Shown piece after piece: positions 63,611 to 64,000 of a stretch of DNA of 64,000 nt (positions are counted from its first letter, which is position 1; every line of letters starts with the position of its first letter). Origin of the DNA: Octopus sinensis. Taxonomy: Eukaryota. Where the stretch lies: positions 12,958,001 to 13,022,000 of the forward strand of contig NC_043022.1 of the NCBI RefSeq assembly GCF_006345805.1, in the 5' to 3' direction. The translations under genes were made by a program, and so were the position numbers. Below the pieces are notes generated by a model. The model ran no database searches. It was not told the origin of the DNA and saw only the letters and a program-made list of their open reading frames with translations.

Positions 63611-64000
63611 CCTTCAAGATGGTGTCCCAGCGTAGCTGTAGTCCAGTGAAACAGATAAAAGAATGGTTTCAAATTTAAACACAAGGGAAAAACAATCTTA
63701 GTGGGAGAAGGCAAGTTGATAATCCTTCACGCCATATTTGACAAGTACTTTAGTTTATTGACCTCCAAAAAGGCGTAAAGCCAAGTTGGTCTTGACAAGA
63801 TTTCAGTTCAGAATGTAGGGTTTTGAAAGAAATTAAGCATTTTGTCTGATGCGCTAATGATTCCACCTGTTTGGCACCTTAGAAATATCTACTATTAATA
63901 ACTAGAAATAATTATTTTTAAAAATGTGCCCTTTTACAGCCTAGCCAGTCTCATGGGCCAGGTTTCCATGGTGTATGTGTTCCTCAGCTGGACGGGACAC

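Overview
This is AT-rich, microsatellite-dense eukaryotic DNA. The SINE families look like those I recognise from octopus (coleoid cephalopod) genomes; no database search was run. The one real host gene is a + strand CCDC50/Ymer-like ubiquitin-binding adaptor. Eleven GT-AG exons (12649-49702) splice with consistent phases into one open frame of about 630 codons; the start-codon exon(s) were not found and probably lie upstream of the window. The protein has 3-4 MIU-like helices, a candidate LIR (FYVL) and a polybasic C-terminus ending in CRQQ, a CaaX-type motif. The rest is introns, a probable long 3' UTR and intergenic DNA filled with tRNA-type SINEs, RTE and CR1 LINE fragments, piggyBac, hAT and mariner MITEs, a non-autonomous Helitron, foldback elements and minisatellites. 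Almost all ORFs in the track are repeat artefacts, including the three overlapping 630-710 aa ORFs at 12.9-15.0 kb. The most notable oddities are: (1) a (GAT)n-tailed retroposon with a copy-number-variable 61-bp 5' monomer that can fold into a hairpin plus H-type pseudoknot and is expanded about 30x at one site; (2) a 117-bp, TSD-bounded, densely structured mobile islet; (3) a 5S rRNA-headed SINE sharing its tail with the tRNA SINEs; (4) long intronic hairpins. No prokaryotic-type system such as CRISPR or an operon is present.
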